Of a stretch of 64,000 bases of DNA, positions 1 to 13,027 are shown piece after piece (positions within the stretch are counted from its first letter, which is position 1; every line of letters begins with the position of its first letter). The DNA is from Camelus dromedarius (lineage: Eukaryota): the NCBI RefSeq assembly GCF_036321535.1, contig NC_087437.1, forward strand, positions 88,972,001-89,036,000, written 5' to 3'. Below the pieces are notes generated by a model. It was not told where the DNA came from. It did no database searches and saw only the letters and a list, made by a program, of their open reading frames with translations. Position numbers and translations under genes: made by a program.

Positions 1-500
1 TCTTTAAACATTCATGTAATCATATAAAATATCTAGAATTATTTATATATGTGTGCTTTTAATTTTTAAATTTGGTATTGGGCTATAAATCATATTCTGC
101 TTTTCATCTTTTTTTAGCTTAATGTTATTTTTAAATGTTATTTTTTAATATGCACATCTAGTTGTTTTTAATTGGTGAATAATATTTCACAAGTGTATTT
201 CCACCTCATTTTTTCCCCCAGTCTTCCAGTTGCCTGAGGCTTCCTGCCCTTATGAAAGAAACACAGTAGATATCTGCCCACTTGATTTCAAATGGGCCAC
301 ATGAGAATTTCTCTGATACATGCATTCAAAACTGGGATCTCAGCATCCCAGGGCTTTCTTTAACTTAATTATACTAAGTACTGCCAGTTACTTCCAGAAT
401 GCTTGTGCCAATCTATATTATCAACAATAACTTATTTCTCTCATTTTTTTTCAATTTCCATTCTCTCTCATTTTTTGCTGGGTATCCCTAGTTATCTACA
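1..500 (-). mobile_element. Ancient L1 (L1ME-like) 3' fragment, heavily decayed
   Basis: Degenerate antisense L1M 3'-region phrases (gaataatatttcac; aaaactgggatctc...; tactgccagttacttccagaatgcttgtgccaatcta). Recognised from memory; boundaries approximate. Confidence 0.4.
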
Positions 501-751
501 TGTATATCTTATATCTCATGTATGTTCCTGTATTGGCACTTTGTAACAAGATGATAAAGATTTGGATTAGGCCAAAATGTCTCTCTTGTAATATTAGACT
601 AATATAGAGTAAAAGTAATTTGTGAGATAAATGTGGACTTTTTCCTGTGACTAGCTAGTTATTTGCTTTACTTTGGCTTATAGTTCCTTGGTTTTAGGTC
701 CCATATATACAAACTTCTTAAAGACAGGAGCTGTGCTTTAGATATTGCAAT

Positions 752-2005
752 ATTTATCCATTCATTTATATATGGAAAAATATTTATTGAGCACTTCTCT
801 TTTTCCAGTAGTTTTCTAGGGACCTAATTATAGAGATATTAGTAAGACACGGTTTCTATCCTAAGCAGCTCAAGTCAATAGTGGAGAAAAGCATGAAAAT
901 AAATTACAGAAATGCAGAAAGGACTACTGCCACAGAAGTATGCACACAAATGTGGGCCATCTCTTTTACGTTTTGTTTATGTTCCTCTGGCCTTGAGGCA
1001 TGAGAAAGTAGAGCAAGATACACATTTCAATTTTCTTTTTTATTCTTTTTATCTCGTTCTTTGTTACTGAAGAGCAAGTACTATGATAAGAAAACAAGGA
1101 AAACAACCTCTTAAACTTGAGTGAGTCAGAGTGGAACTCAAGAATGTTTTCTTTGAATGTGTACCTGAAGATTGACTTTGTAACCAAATTTTTTAAATTG
1201 AACAAATAATAACTAAATACTTTTTATGAGAGGTCCGGAGTGTTAATAAGCCAATGGAAAGCAAAATTCCACTTTTGATATAACAAAGTTAGTGAAGATG
1301 GACCTAGGTGAATCACATCTTGCTTCTGAAATGAGAGTTGGTCAGGAAATACGACCTTCAGAGTACATGATAATTTGTGAAGAGGGTATCTTAAGTGTAG
1401 CTTCTCACCTTTGAAGTTTCTTGGAATCAGTTCTTTGGGAAGATACCAAGTAGATTCAAGTCATAGTTTTATAGAAGTCTCTATGTGTTATCCGCCATAT
1501 GAATTTCAAGGTGTAGAGTCCAAAAGAAGGAAATAAAGGTTAGTGATAGATAGCACTGACAACTTTCTCCAATGAACTTGATAAATAAGACTTTTTCCCT
1601 TTTTTTTTCATGTTCTCAATTTGATTGGCATATGTAAGTAAGATAAGCTGATTAGAAATGAACTGTCATAAATTCTGGAACATTAAGAAATAATAGATTC
1701 AAAGAAGACAGAGGGAAATAAAAAATTGTCACATTATCAGAATTCTGCCTTGGAATGTTTCTTAGAGAAAGAAGTAATTGAGAAGAATCTTCAAAGGTGA
1801 CTCACCAGGTGATATCACTAGGTAAATGAGGGAGAAAGGAACATTTTTGGTAGAGAAACTAATGTCTGCAATGGCACAGAGGCATGAAATAGCATCCTTG
1901 TTCAGCAAGTTAAAAATAGTTCATTAATGGTGGAGCACAGACAGGGTTAGAAGGCCAGGAAGGCTGAGCTGTGTGAAATGAGCCTTGAGGGGTAGATCTC
2001 ATGAA
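752..2005 (-). mobile_element. L2 LINE fragments (3' tail at ~752-960, upstream piece at ~1740-2005)
   Basis: Antisense L2 tail 'atccattcattt...aatatttattgagcact' followed by 'agtaagacacggtttctatcct'; purine-rich L2-like segment at ~1760-2005. The middle part is not clearly L2. Confidence 0.5.
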
Positions 2006-2015
2006 GGAAAAAAAA

Positions 2016-2072
<57 letters not shown>
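2016..2072. repeat. Compound (TA)n(CA)n microsatellite
   Basis: Directly visible dinucleotide runs after an A-tract. Confidence 0.97.
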
Positions 2073-2076
<4 letters not shown>

Positions 2077-2679
2077 TTATTTTAAAGCAATGGCAATACT
2101 CTGAAATATGTTTTCCTTTTTAAATTAGAAAAACTATTTATTTTAGAAAATTTGGAAATGTAGAAAAGTAAACAATATTAAAACAAATTTATTCACTATC
2201 CTATCATCCTGAGATAACTACTATTAACATTCCTTTTTATATCACCAGCCCTATCCATTTATCCATCCATCTGTATTTTTAGTGTATCACTATTATTTTA
2301 GCTATTTTGTTTATTACATATTTAGGTTTACATATTTTTAGTTTACTAAATAAGGATTGCAATGTTTGCAATCAGTATTTTAACTTCATATGCTGTGTTA
2401 TCCCAATAATTATGGTATTTCATGAAATGATATAATTCCATGTTGATGAGTTTATTTATTTTGAAAGGAGAGTCACGATAAACATATTGGGCACTACTTA
2501 TTTCTGGGTTGTGGTAATATGGATAATTTTTTGGCCTTCTTTGATTTTCCTCAAATGAATTCTTCCCTAGATTTTAGTGTAAATATTTTCTGTGGATCTT
2601 TAGTCTTGCTATCCTAATCACTATATTTAAAGGAGAAATCACAAACTATGCCAATAATATTTCCACATGGTCTTTTGAA

Positions 2680-4228
2680 AGCACTCCAGTTATAACCCTT
2701 GCCTCAAAATGCATCAGAAATTGCACTCTTATCAAGATACCTAATCACCTTCTTGTTGCTAAATACAATTTAAATGTTTAGTCATCTTCATCCTTGACCT
2801 ATAAGAGTCATTTGACGTGGTGGTTAATACTTCCTCCTTGAAACACTGTTTTGACTTGGCTACTGGGGCACCAACTCTTGTGATTTTCCTTTTACTGACT
2901 GCCTATGTCTTTTGTGTTTTCTTTGCTGGTTTCTCATGTCTTGGCGTCTAAACTTTGGAATGACCCAGGGCTTAGTCCTTGGATTTCTTCTTTACATGTG
3001 TATGTGTGCATGTGTGTGTATGTGCATGTATATATACACACACACATATATAATACACTCATTTATAATAACATATACATACACATATATGTATATAAAT
3101 ATAGATCAGTTATATACAAACATATATTTATTTTATTATATTTATACATACTATACACACACACATATATACATACACAAACATACTGTACGTACTTAAT
3201 CTCCGGGTTATTTCCTTTAGTCTCCTGATTTTATGCATCAACTACATAGTTTATATGATATATAAACTTCCAATTCTGTTTTCTTAGCCCAGCCCTTTCC
3301 TGTGAACTCCAGCCTCATAGTTTGTGTTCTGTCTCTAAGCACATAATGGGCATCTCTAACATAACATGTCTAAAATCAGTTTCCTCATCTTACCCGTCCA
3401 ACCTGCTCCTCCCTCAGCTGTCTAATCTCAGTTAATGACAACTTCATCCTTTCACTTGCTCAGCTAAAGAATCTTGGGAAAATACTTGGCTCCTCACACT
3501 CCATATACAATCTGTCAGCAAATTTCTCAGCTGTACATTTAATAAAATATATCCAGAATTGGACTGTTTCTCACCAGTTCCACTTCCATGACCTTCAGGC
3601 CACCACCATCTCAGCCTGTAATATTGCAAAAGTCTACCAACTTGTCTCTCTCCTTCAGGCTCGTATATTCACTGCAAATTGATGGCTTAAAAACACATAT
3701 TAGATCATTCCTCTGTTCAAAATTCTCCAGTGGCTCTCCATGTCATTGAGAGTAAAGTTCAAAGTCTATAGAATATTCTACAAACCCTTAATGTAACCTT
3801 ACCTACTGTGTGGTTCTGACCTTAGTCTTTGTTCAGCTTTCTTTTACTAGACCTTTACTCTTTTGAAAACAAGTCAAATATCTTCTAGCCTCTGGGACTT
3901 TTACATGCTCTTTCCTCTGCTGGGTACTTTTTCTACCTGCATGACTCAGTCTCTTATTTAATTCTGTTTATTTTTTAATTTTTTTATGTTACCTTCTCAG
4001 AGAGGATTTCCTGATCACCCTATTTAAAATTACTACCTTCTTTTTTGCTTTATTTTACTTATTCATATCAAATACTCATACAACTTATTTGTTAATTATT
4101 ATTTCCTTGTCCTAAAGAGTAAGCTCCATGAGAACAGGGTTGTTTCTTTTTTCACCTTTTTGCAATCCCCAGTAGTACAATACCACCATGTCATTATATT
4201 TTTGCTGAGTAAACAGACAACTGAATAA
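2680..4228 (+). mobile_element. L2 LINE remnant (RT region to 3' tail), interrupted by a TG/TA/CA microsatellite at ~2995-3190
   Basis: 2781-2819 translates as VIFILDL*ESFDV, resembling the L2 RT motif LLDLSAAFDT; typical L2 3' phrases (gaactccagcctcat, catctctaacataacatgtc, gtaagctccatgagaacaggg). Confidence 0.8.
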
Positions 4229-4731
4229 AAGATTGGTATAAATTTAGCATTCAAGATTTTGGAAATTATAAAAAAGTAATTATAATTATAATAATTATAA
4301 TAAATAAAGTGACAAATTTATGATATGCATGTTACATATCTATATATATTCAATACACATAAAATACAAAGAATAGTTTATGAGATGTAATTTTATAATT
4401 GCATTTAACTTATTCTTTATCTACATTGTTATGTTTTCTCTAAAATGCACAATGTTTGATTCCTTATTCAAGTCACAACTCCCTCAAGTTTACAATGATG
4501 GAATCATAAAATTTACAGCTGGCATAGCATTAGAGATGATTCTTATTTTATTTAAGTAAAAAGCATACATAGACTATTATAAGATGACCCTCCAATCACT
4601 CTCTTGAACTTCCTGCTGTATGTCAATCATATTTTGTTTCAAATCATGTGGAATTAAGGGGTGAAAAGAGAGAGAAGAAGAAAATCAAAACTGTTTTAAA
4701 AATTCATAATACTTAAAGCTATTATATTGAA

Positions 4732-5243
4732 AGTAATGGGGTTCAGAACACAGTAACCCAAAATATGGCACCTTGGCATTTGAATATTTCAAGCTGGAAA
4801 CAATTTGAGAAATGGCAGGTGCAGGAAAGATTCTCTGACCTCCCTGTTTTTCCCTGAAGCAGACCATAAGACAGTCATGTGAGAGGTGCCCTCCCTGTAC
4901 CTGAAAGAAAGGCACATCCTTATCTTCAAAGACTGTGGAGTGCCAGGAGGAATCTGAAGGAACAGTCATTACTGTTTCCCCCAGTTTAGTACCCTTAGCT
5001 CATACCCTTTTGTCTTCTGATATTTCCCCATGACTTTCTACTCTTCATCAAACCTAATATAAAAATGCTCAGGCTTAACCTTTTCTTCAAGTCCTCATTT
5101 ACTTAGAAAAACTCCTGTATCTCATAAATATACCTTGTAGGCTTTTCTCTTGTTAATTTGTCTTTTGACAATCTACTTTACAGAGGGCCCCAGCTAGAAA
5201 ACCTAGGAGGGTAGTGGGAAAAAGAATTTTTTCCTCACTTACA
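4732..5243 (+). mobile_element. ERV1-class solo LTR (MER34/MER39-like)
   Basis: Starts 'gtaatggggttcagaacacagtaacccaaaatatggcaccttggc', has a TATA-like 'aatataaaaa' near 5056, ends 'tttttcctcacttaca'. Family assignment from recall; no clear TSD. Confidence 0.65.
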
Positions 5244-5329
5244 AAAATATTCTAAAGTTTTTCTTATCCTAAAGAAAAGGTGTTTTATGTAAATTTACTG
5301 TGAAATAACATGAAAAAATATTTTGTTTT

Positions 5330-5488
5330 TTAAATAAAGTTTTGATTTTTTAAAGATTTTTTTAAATGTTTTTTTTGGAAGGTTAATCAAGTTTATTTTT
5401 TAAATTTATTTTAATGGAGGTGCTGGGGATTGAACCCAGGACCTTGTGCATGCTAGCATGTGCTCTACCACCAAGCCATACCCTCCCC
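5330..5488 (-). mobile_element. tRNA-Ala-derived SINE (camelid Vic-1-like)
   Basis: Minus strand reads ggggagggtatggcttggtggtagagcacatgctagcatgcacaaggtcctgggttcaatccccagcacctcca (A/B boxes, tRNA-Ala(AGC)-like), then an A-rich tail; 15-bp TSD aaaatattttgtttt at 5315-5329 and 5491-5505. Confidence 0.9.
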
Positions 5489-7796
5489 TGAAAATATTTT
5501 GTTTTATATGAGTAACTTATGTATATAAACATGTAACATACATCATTATATACTTAATTAAATATATTACATATATATAATATGGTTAATTGAAAAAGAA
5601 AATGTAGGTAGATGTACTAAATTTGAAACTCTTGGTTTTTTTTAGCTGACTTGTATATTTCAAGGTTTTATATTCATTTAGCACATATTTCTACATTTGA
5701 AGATGCACTGATTTTTTTTTCCTCAGGCTATACATAATTCTTTTTTTAAATTGGGAAGTTCAATTCTGCTTTAATGTTGGCTTTTGGTCTTTACTATGAA
5801 ACACAGGCTCTGGATCAAAGGGCTTAAAACCTCATCATCCTCAAGCCAGTAAGTGAAAGAAAGGCTTTTCAATAGCTCTATAGAAACCACTTATGTTGAG
5901 TAAATTATATGGCACAGTAAAACATTTTTCAGAAAGTTTTAGACAGCATAATGGGCGTGGGAATTCCATTGAGTTGGATTCTTCATTCAGGAAAGTTCTG
6001 TAATGTGATTTCTGTGCTCATGTTTTACCTAAGTCTCAGATTTTATTCTGCTATCAGACTTGAAGTAAAGTATTGAAGATACTCAAGCAACAAATTATGG
6101 AATTCTGAGTCATAGCAACTATGCAGCAAATGAAAATGCAAAACCAAAAGTGAATCTTTCAGCTTACTGCTGGAGAAATGTTAATTCCATTCAGTTTATT
6201 AGCTATATTAATAAATACCAGTTGTAATCAAAAATTTTAAAGCAAAGTGATTGGGACCAATTAAAAAACCTTAAATTAGGCCTCATTTTATTGATACCGT
6301 ATTGAAAATATACAGTATGTAAGCTTTCTGCTTCATACAAAAAATAATGTAAGATGAAATACCTTGTTAAGAACGTTAGGAATGTTTATATTCTAATGAC
6401 CAGGCTATCACAGCATTCCACTCTGCAGTGACCCTGATCCACTTCTTATTTCTCATATAATAATCACTTCGTAGCCCAACAGCTTCATGACTCTGTGGCA
6501 TCTGAATTGGAAGGGTAGAAATTCTAGCTCCTCCACGAATGACAATAGCCAATGTGGGAAGCAATGGAGAAACTTCAAGGCAGTAAACAGATGGGAAAAA
6601 TCTCCTTGTCCTGCTTCCCAACAGCTGTCAGTCACCCAGGATATCCACAAGACAGCCCAGAGAACAAAGCTAGCCGTCTCTTGGTGCTTGTCATCTTCAT
6701 AGAGGACTCACAGCAGGCAGGAGAGCAGGACTGGCTACCTGGGAAATCCAGGCGTGGGGGATGTATAACAATGGGGATGACATTAAGCAAGTGAACGAGG
6801 TTGATAGGGCACTCTCTTTATCAGAAGCCTGCTTAGCACACATGACTCCAGTGGCTAGGAAAACAATGGAGATCCCCAGAGAATTAACAACCGGCTTGTG
6901 TCAAACCCACAGTTTTGGCTAAGGCATGTGCCCTTTGCTTTTCATTGTCAAAAAAACATCTAAAAGCTGGGTGTTGTGCTCCGCAGATTAAGACAATGAC
7001 TTGCTCTTCTTCCTTTTCACAAATAGGATTATAGTACTATTTGTTGTCTTGCTTAACAAACATTCTTTTTCTATTTCTTCTTTTTTTGGTTCTTGTTTTT
7101 ATATTCAAATGCTTGATTGACAATACCCTGGGAGATGTCATCATTTCTGTAGCAATCACTGTCGTATCCTTGAGCACAGAGACGCCGTGAAGACTCTCTC
7201 CCAGGTGTTTCATACTAGAGGGATGGCCTCTTGGAGGGCTCACTTGTCCCCTGCTTTAACATCAACTGATGTCTATTTGAAGAGCATATAAGACAGAAGG
7301 CATTAAATAGTTCAGGGCAGAAAAGAGGGAGACTAAGTTCATTAAGGACCTCCATCTGAAAGCAGCATGTGCGGAATGTCAATTTAATAATAGAATTGAC
7401 AGCTCTTCTCTGGTCTCACTCTGTCACAATGGCTCCTTTGACAGTTTATAAAATGGACCCTTTGTGGATGTCAGCGAGTGGCACTGCATACATTTGTGAA
7501 TGCTCTGCATAACTAACATTCTCCCTGATGCTGAGTTTTCAGGGTCTGTCTCAAGAATCTTTTCAAACTGACCCAGGGAACCTATCCTACCCCAAATATA
7601 ATATTTAATGTTGAAAACCCACCATGATCAGGTCATAAATCAAAATGTTTAACTAGTTTGGAAAATAGTCTTATGCTAGAAGATACTTTTGGACTATGTT
7701 ACTCTAACACTAATACAAAATGCATCTAATCACTTATTAACTGTGTGATGAGATTACTATAAGCCGATTTCATTATTACGGGCTAAATTTGGTCTT

Positions 7797-7958
7797 TATA
7801 TATATCTATATCTATATATATTTATATATATATATATATATAGATATATATAAAGATATAGATATATATATATATATAGATATAGATATATATAAAGTAA
7901 TATAGTAATCTCATCTATCTAGATATATATAGATATAGGTATATATGAATATATATAT
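7797..7958. repeat. (TA)n/(TAGA)n low-complexity microsatellite
   Basis: Directly visible. Confidence 0.95.
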
Positions 7959-8844
7959 GGATCATTCTCATGAATTGAATCAATCAGCACATGTGTACAC
8001 TCAGAGATGAAGCTTTTTAAAAACCGTGAGTGGCACTGACAACAGAAAATGAAGAACAACATGGAAGCAACAAAACTTTCTCAGCACTTGAGATCTAAAG
8101 TATATTACTTAGCTCATTCTTTGTCATTTAAACATGTTTTTGGCCTAATAATATTGATTTAGTTAGAAAAGCAAAGTGAAAAAAAAATGGATTTCCCAAA
8201 TGTCCAAGATCAAATTCTTATTTAAACTTCAATCATTCACTCTATGTATAGGGAAACTATTTATTCTATTTTCTTATTTGAACTGTGTTTCACAACTTGT
8301 TATTCCTAAATGAGCAAATAGGTCTCTAAAGCATTTGAATAAAAATGGCAAATAGATAAATTTTATTATAGTCACTATGAAAAGTTGATTTGACCAGGTC
8401 AGTGACAATTTGTTCATCGTTCTAAAACTAAAATTATAAATTATTATAAATCATACCTTTATGATAAGAATATTGAGCACTCGTTTTTAGTGACAGATGA
8501 CTGAAACATGTGCATATTACTTTTAAAGGAATATTCATTGATTCATTCATCTTTTTAACCATGTTTGAGCTCCTTAATAGTTTTACAGCATCTCAGATAA
8601 TTGTGTTATAAGAATAACACGTGAGTTTTATCTGTAAATAAGAGACACAAATTAGAAAATGTTGAATTAGCTTATTAGCTAAATTATTTAGCTGATTAAG
8701 GTAATTAGCTAAATTGTTTCTATTATGCTAATATTACCTATCTAATTATCTAATCATTCATGATAGTCAACATTTAATTATGTATAGGATTAGTTTAATT
8801 TGGGGTGGAAAGAAGAGAAGCAAAACGTAATTCTGTAGTTAATT

Positions 8845-8945
8845 TATAAAGTTCTGGACCTGGAAGGAAACTTAAAGATGCATCAGTCTAACTTTATGAT
8901 TTTACTTATGAGGAAACTGAAGTCACAAGTTTACTGACTTTCTGA
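8845..8945 (-). mobile_element. MIR-family SINE fragment
   Basis: MIR core 'ttttacttatgaggaaactgaagtcaca' preceded by 'ctggaaggaaacttaaagatgcatcagtctaac'. Confidence 0.6.
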
Positions 8946-9317
8946 ATTTTAGGACAAAAATTTCTGTTAGCAATCACAATACAGAACATGTTAGCCAGAA
9001 ATTGTCAAAAAGAATAAAGAATTAAAAAAAAATAAGAACATAGAAAGGCAGCTTAAATTATTTGGCTATGAGACATCCCCATTCTACACTGGTTATTTGC
9101 CCTGGGTATGTGGACTGTTGGGCAGCTAGCAACAAAATGAACATCTGTAGACCTGTGGAAATATTCAGTGTAAATCAAATGTAAAACTGATAACTAACCA
9201 TTATTTACTCTACTCTCAATACTGATTTGTTTTAACAGTTGACTAGACTGATCAAAACAAAGTATTACCTTAAGCATTTCCAAAGAGTTGACTGTCTTTT
9301 AATTTGACTTAATAAAT

Positions 9318-10046
9318 AAGGCAACCCATGAAATGGGAGAAAATATTTGCAGATCGTATATCTGATAAGAGGTTAACATCCACAATATATAAGGAACTCA
9401 TATGACTCAATAGCAGAAAAAAAATCTAATTAGAAATAGGCAGAGGAAATAAATGTTTTTCCAAAGAAGACATACAAATGGCCAACAGGTGCATGGAAAG
9501 ATACGTATCACCAGTCATCAGGGAAACACAAATCTAAACCACAATGGAGTATCACTTCAAATATGTTAGAATGACCATCGTCAAAAAGACAAGGGAACTA
9601 TATTCAACCTATAATGAAAAAGAATATGAAAATGAATATACATATGTATGGGTATGACTGAAACATTATGCTGTACACCAGAAAATGACACATTTTAACT
9701 AACTGTACTTCAATTAAAAAAAAATAATCAATGATCCAAAAAAAAAAAAATAAGACAAGGGATAAAAAGTGTTGACAAATCTGTGAAGCAAAGAGAACCC
9801 TTGTGCACCTTTTGTGGGAATGTCAACTGATGCATACACTATAGAAAACAGTATGAAGTTTCCTCAAAAAATTAAAAATACAACTATCATATAATCTAGT
9901 ATTTTCACTTCTGGATATATAGCCTAAAGAAATAAAATCAGGATCTCAAAGAGAATTCTGCATCCCCATTTTCACTGCATCATTAGTCATAACAGCCAAG
10001 GCCTGGAAACAACATTGTGTCTGTCTACAGATGAATGAATAAAGAG
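9318..10046 (+). mobile_element. L1 ORF2 C-terminus/3'UTR fragment, interrupted by a younger L1 stub at 9597-9751
   Basis: 'aggcaacccatgaaatgggagaaaatatttgca...tccaaagaagacatacaaatggccaacagg' (WEKIFA / SKEDIQMANR) continuing to 'acagatgaatgaataaag'. Confidence 0.9.
9597..9751 (+). mobile_element. 5'-truncated L1 3'-end stub nested in an older L1
   Basis: L1 terminus 'tgctgtacaccagaaaatgacacattttaactaactgtacttcaatt' plus poly(A); TSD aagacaaggga at 9586-9596 and 9752-9762. Confidence 0.85.
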
Positions 10047-10784
10047 GAATGGAAGAAAATGATTCATTCTCTTGAACCAATTTATTTAAAAATATTTTTA
10101 AAATTTTAATATGAAATATTACAATGAAAACTTATGAATCTATATATACAGCAGACCTCCATATAACAGACACAACAAAATAGATTAACAAATATTAACA
10201 CTTTATAATACTTCATGTGTTTTTACTTAAATAGGAGACTCATTCAACACTGTAAACAGTATCAATTCGTTGATGTCCATTTCATGGAAAATGTATAGAT
10301 TAAGAATTCTAAGACCTTTTCTCAAAAGGAGGATGTTTGGCTTATAGTAATGATAATAGTGATATTAAAAATTGTATATCCTGAGTCCCAGTTGAGTACC
10401 CTCTCCATTATTTTGAAGACTTGATATTTGAAGATAAGAGGATCTAGTTGTCTACACTATAGTGATCCCACTTTGAGAAATTAAATTCTGATTACCCAAT
10501 AGATTTGTGTGTTTATAAAACTTTTTATGAAGACTGTGATTGCTCCACAATTATGCTGGTGAACACATGAATACTGATCATCACGCAATGCACCCTTTGT
10601 ACATTGCTTTTACTAGTCATTTTACTAGGTTATATCTAAATATTAAATAATGAAATTGAAAGATGGCTAGAACATGCTTATAATCTTGGGGGGGCAACCT
10701 AAATATAGTTTATAAACATTTTAATGCATAGAAATATGAATCACTGTTAAATGTTAATTATTATACTAATAATACAAATTTATT

Positions 10785-11325
10785 AGCATGGCCGACTAGA
10801 TTTTTAGAAGAAGGAAACAGAAATGGATCTAGTTGATTTAAACCAAAAACAATGTTTTGAGAAGGCATGGAGTGGTACCCAAAAATCTCTGGGGAGCTCA
10901 GAGAACAAGGCTGAAGTTTATCCACCCATCACTCAGAGACTGGTAATGACACCAGTGACTGCCACTGGGCTCTGGATACTGCCATGCACAGTGCCTACCT
11001 CACCCACTCTAGACACTCATGTTCTGCATGTTACTACAACTGCCTTTGGAAACTGAACGTAGCTGCTGCTTCTGCTGTCTCTGTTTCTCATCACCAAGCA
11101 GGATTCTGTGTGACCCCTGAATCTTTTTGTTATTATTTCAAGTTCAAAGTCTGTGATGGAGGCATTTGTTTGGCAAAATCTACATCATGTGCCTGTATCT
11201 TCACCACAAGGGACTTGGGAATAACTTTTTTGGACATCTTTAAATTCTGTTGTGGGGAGTGAATATCCCAGTCCTAAAAGTGGTTCAGCAGCTGGGTGAT
11301 CAATAAAGTGAAAGATGTCTATTAT
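10785..11325 (-). mobile_element. Old MaLR LTR (MLT1K/L/M-like)
   Basis: 'aaggaaacagaaatggatctagttgatttaaaccaaaaacaatgttttg...aaatctctggggagctcagagaac' resembles old MLT1 termini (recall); boundaries approximate. Confidence 0.45.
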
Positions 11326-12189
11326 CATTATAAAGTAAGAAATGTGGTACTACGGAGTGAAAGTAATCTTGAAAAAATTGTGAATGAACCCATCTTAGAG
11401 AAAATATTTAACAGCACTGATGTTGATTAACACTAACTAGAATTAAAAGTGATTCTTCTACATGGCAGTATGATCTCAAATGATTTATTAGGAGTGATTA
11501 TAAAATAGGATTCAGAGAGACATGCCATATTTTTGGTGTTAGTAGGAAATATAAACCCTACATGGTCCCAGATAGCCTCATACTAAAATCCTACAATCCA
11601 TATGAAAAATAGCTATGATCTTTAGAAAAATAGAAGGTTTGAATTCATGTATTTGTGATGAACAAGTACAGGTCCATCCTACACTCTCCCTACACAGGCT
11701 TTTATAGGATATTTGAATTTTTTGCAGAATTCTTTCAACACTTCTGGCAGAATTCTTCTTGAAGTTGTCACGTACACTTATGTGAACAGCTGACTATAGT
11801 TATGTTCAATCAGTGACTGGAAAAGAGCAGCCAAGTTTGTTTTCCATAATGTTGTTTTAATGTATACATTCTTTAAAAAATCCCCCTTATATAAATCACA
11901 TTTGACCAAAAAAAATTAAAATAAAAAAAAGACAGCAAAATTCATAAGATCCTGGCTCACAGAAGGTTAATGCAGAAACTCTGATTGCCATTCTTATTTT
12001 CAACATGGAAAAATAAAATTAGAACGTTGCTGTATCTGCATGATTCCTGAATGTGAGATGATGATAAAAAATGGATCCGTGTGAAGATCTCTTTACAAAG
12101 ACCTTAGAAAACATAGTACAAGTGAATGCTGCAAAGCTTTTGCCTGAGTTATAGGAACTCAGAAAATATATGTAATGAAGATGAAAAGG

Positions 12190-12870
12190 TTATTCATTTA
12201 TTCATTCATTCAACAAACATTACTCGGTGCCTATTATGTCCCTTAGGAATTTTGCATACATAAGTAAACAAAAGAGATTGCCCTCCAAATACAAAACAGA
12301 AATCTGCTCTTATGGAGTTTACAATCTAGTAGAGCAATGTGTATTATAAAAAGTAAATGATTTTTAAAAGTATGTAGTGATAAGTGCTATGAATGAAAAA
12401 GAATAGGGAAGAATGAGTATTGGGCGTGCCAGGACCTAGGGTGGGGAAGATTCCAAGTTTAGATAGGATTATTAGCATCATGGAGAAGGTAATATTTGAA
12501 CAAAGATATGGAGGAGGACATGAGGCTATTCATCATACCAGTGTCTGGGGAAAGAGCATTCTAGGCAGAAAGGACAGACGGTGGAAAAGCAGGACAGTGA
12601 TTGTTGTGTGTAAAGAACAGCATGAACCAGAGTGGATGGTGATAGGACATGAAGTCAGAGTGGTCCAGGGGCCAGACTGCAGAAGACTTTGCAGATCAGT
12701 GCACACAGACAGGCCACCTCTGAGCGAGCCACCGGGTGGTTTGGAACACTTGGCTAAGACCACCTGATTTATGCTTTAAAAGGATCCCGATGGTGGTAAT
12801 TTTGAGATTAGGTTATAGACAAGTAAAGGCAAATTCTGGGAGAAATTTTAGGAGACCTTTGCCTTAATTT
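12190..12870 (-). mobile_element. L2 LINE 3' fragment
   Basis: Antisense tail 'attcatttattcattcattcaacaaacatt...gtgcctattatgt' and L2 phrases 'aaggtaatatttgaacaaaga', 'ctggggaaagagcattctaggcaga'. Confidence 0.85.
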
Positions 12871-13027
12871 TAAAAAATATTTTATTTTATTTATTCTTTG
12901 TTTTGAGGGGAGGTAATTAGTCTTATTTACTTACTTATTTATTTTAATGGAGGTACTGGGGATTGAACACAGGACTTCGTGCATGTTAAGCATGTGCTCT
13001 GCCACTGACCTATATAGCCTCCCACCC
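12871..13027 (-). mobile_element. tRNA-Ala-derived SINE (camelid Vic-1-like) inserted at an L2
   Basis: Same head as the 5330 copy (tggaggtactggggattgaacacaggacttcgtgcatgttaagcatgtgctct) and a similar tail motif; 17-bp TSD gacc(t/a)ttgccttaattt at 12854-12870 and 13029-13045. Confidence 0.9.

Noticed and set aside
2905..3228. 107-aa and 95-aa ORFs rich in Y/I/H/T/V/C
   Set aside because: They are translations of a TG/TA/CA microsatellite inside an L2 remnant.
5414..5488. tRNA-Ala-like sequence (also ~12947-13027)
   Set aside because: Disrupted stems, an A-rich tail and TSDs indicate SINEs rather than tRNA genes.
6376..7243. Cluster of overlapping 65-81 aa ORFs on both strands
   Set aside because: No recognisable domain, codon pattern or exon structure; explained by locally higher GC.
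8665..8706. Imperfect AT-rich palindrome built from ttagct units
   Set aside because: Low complexity with mismatches and an indel; likely slippage.
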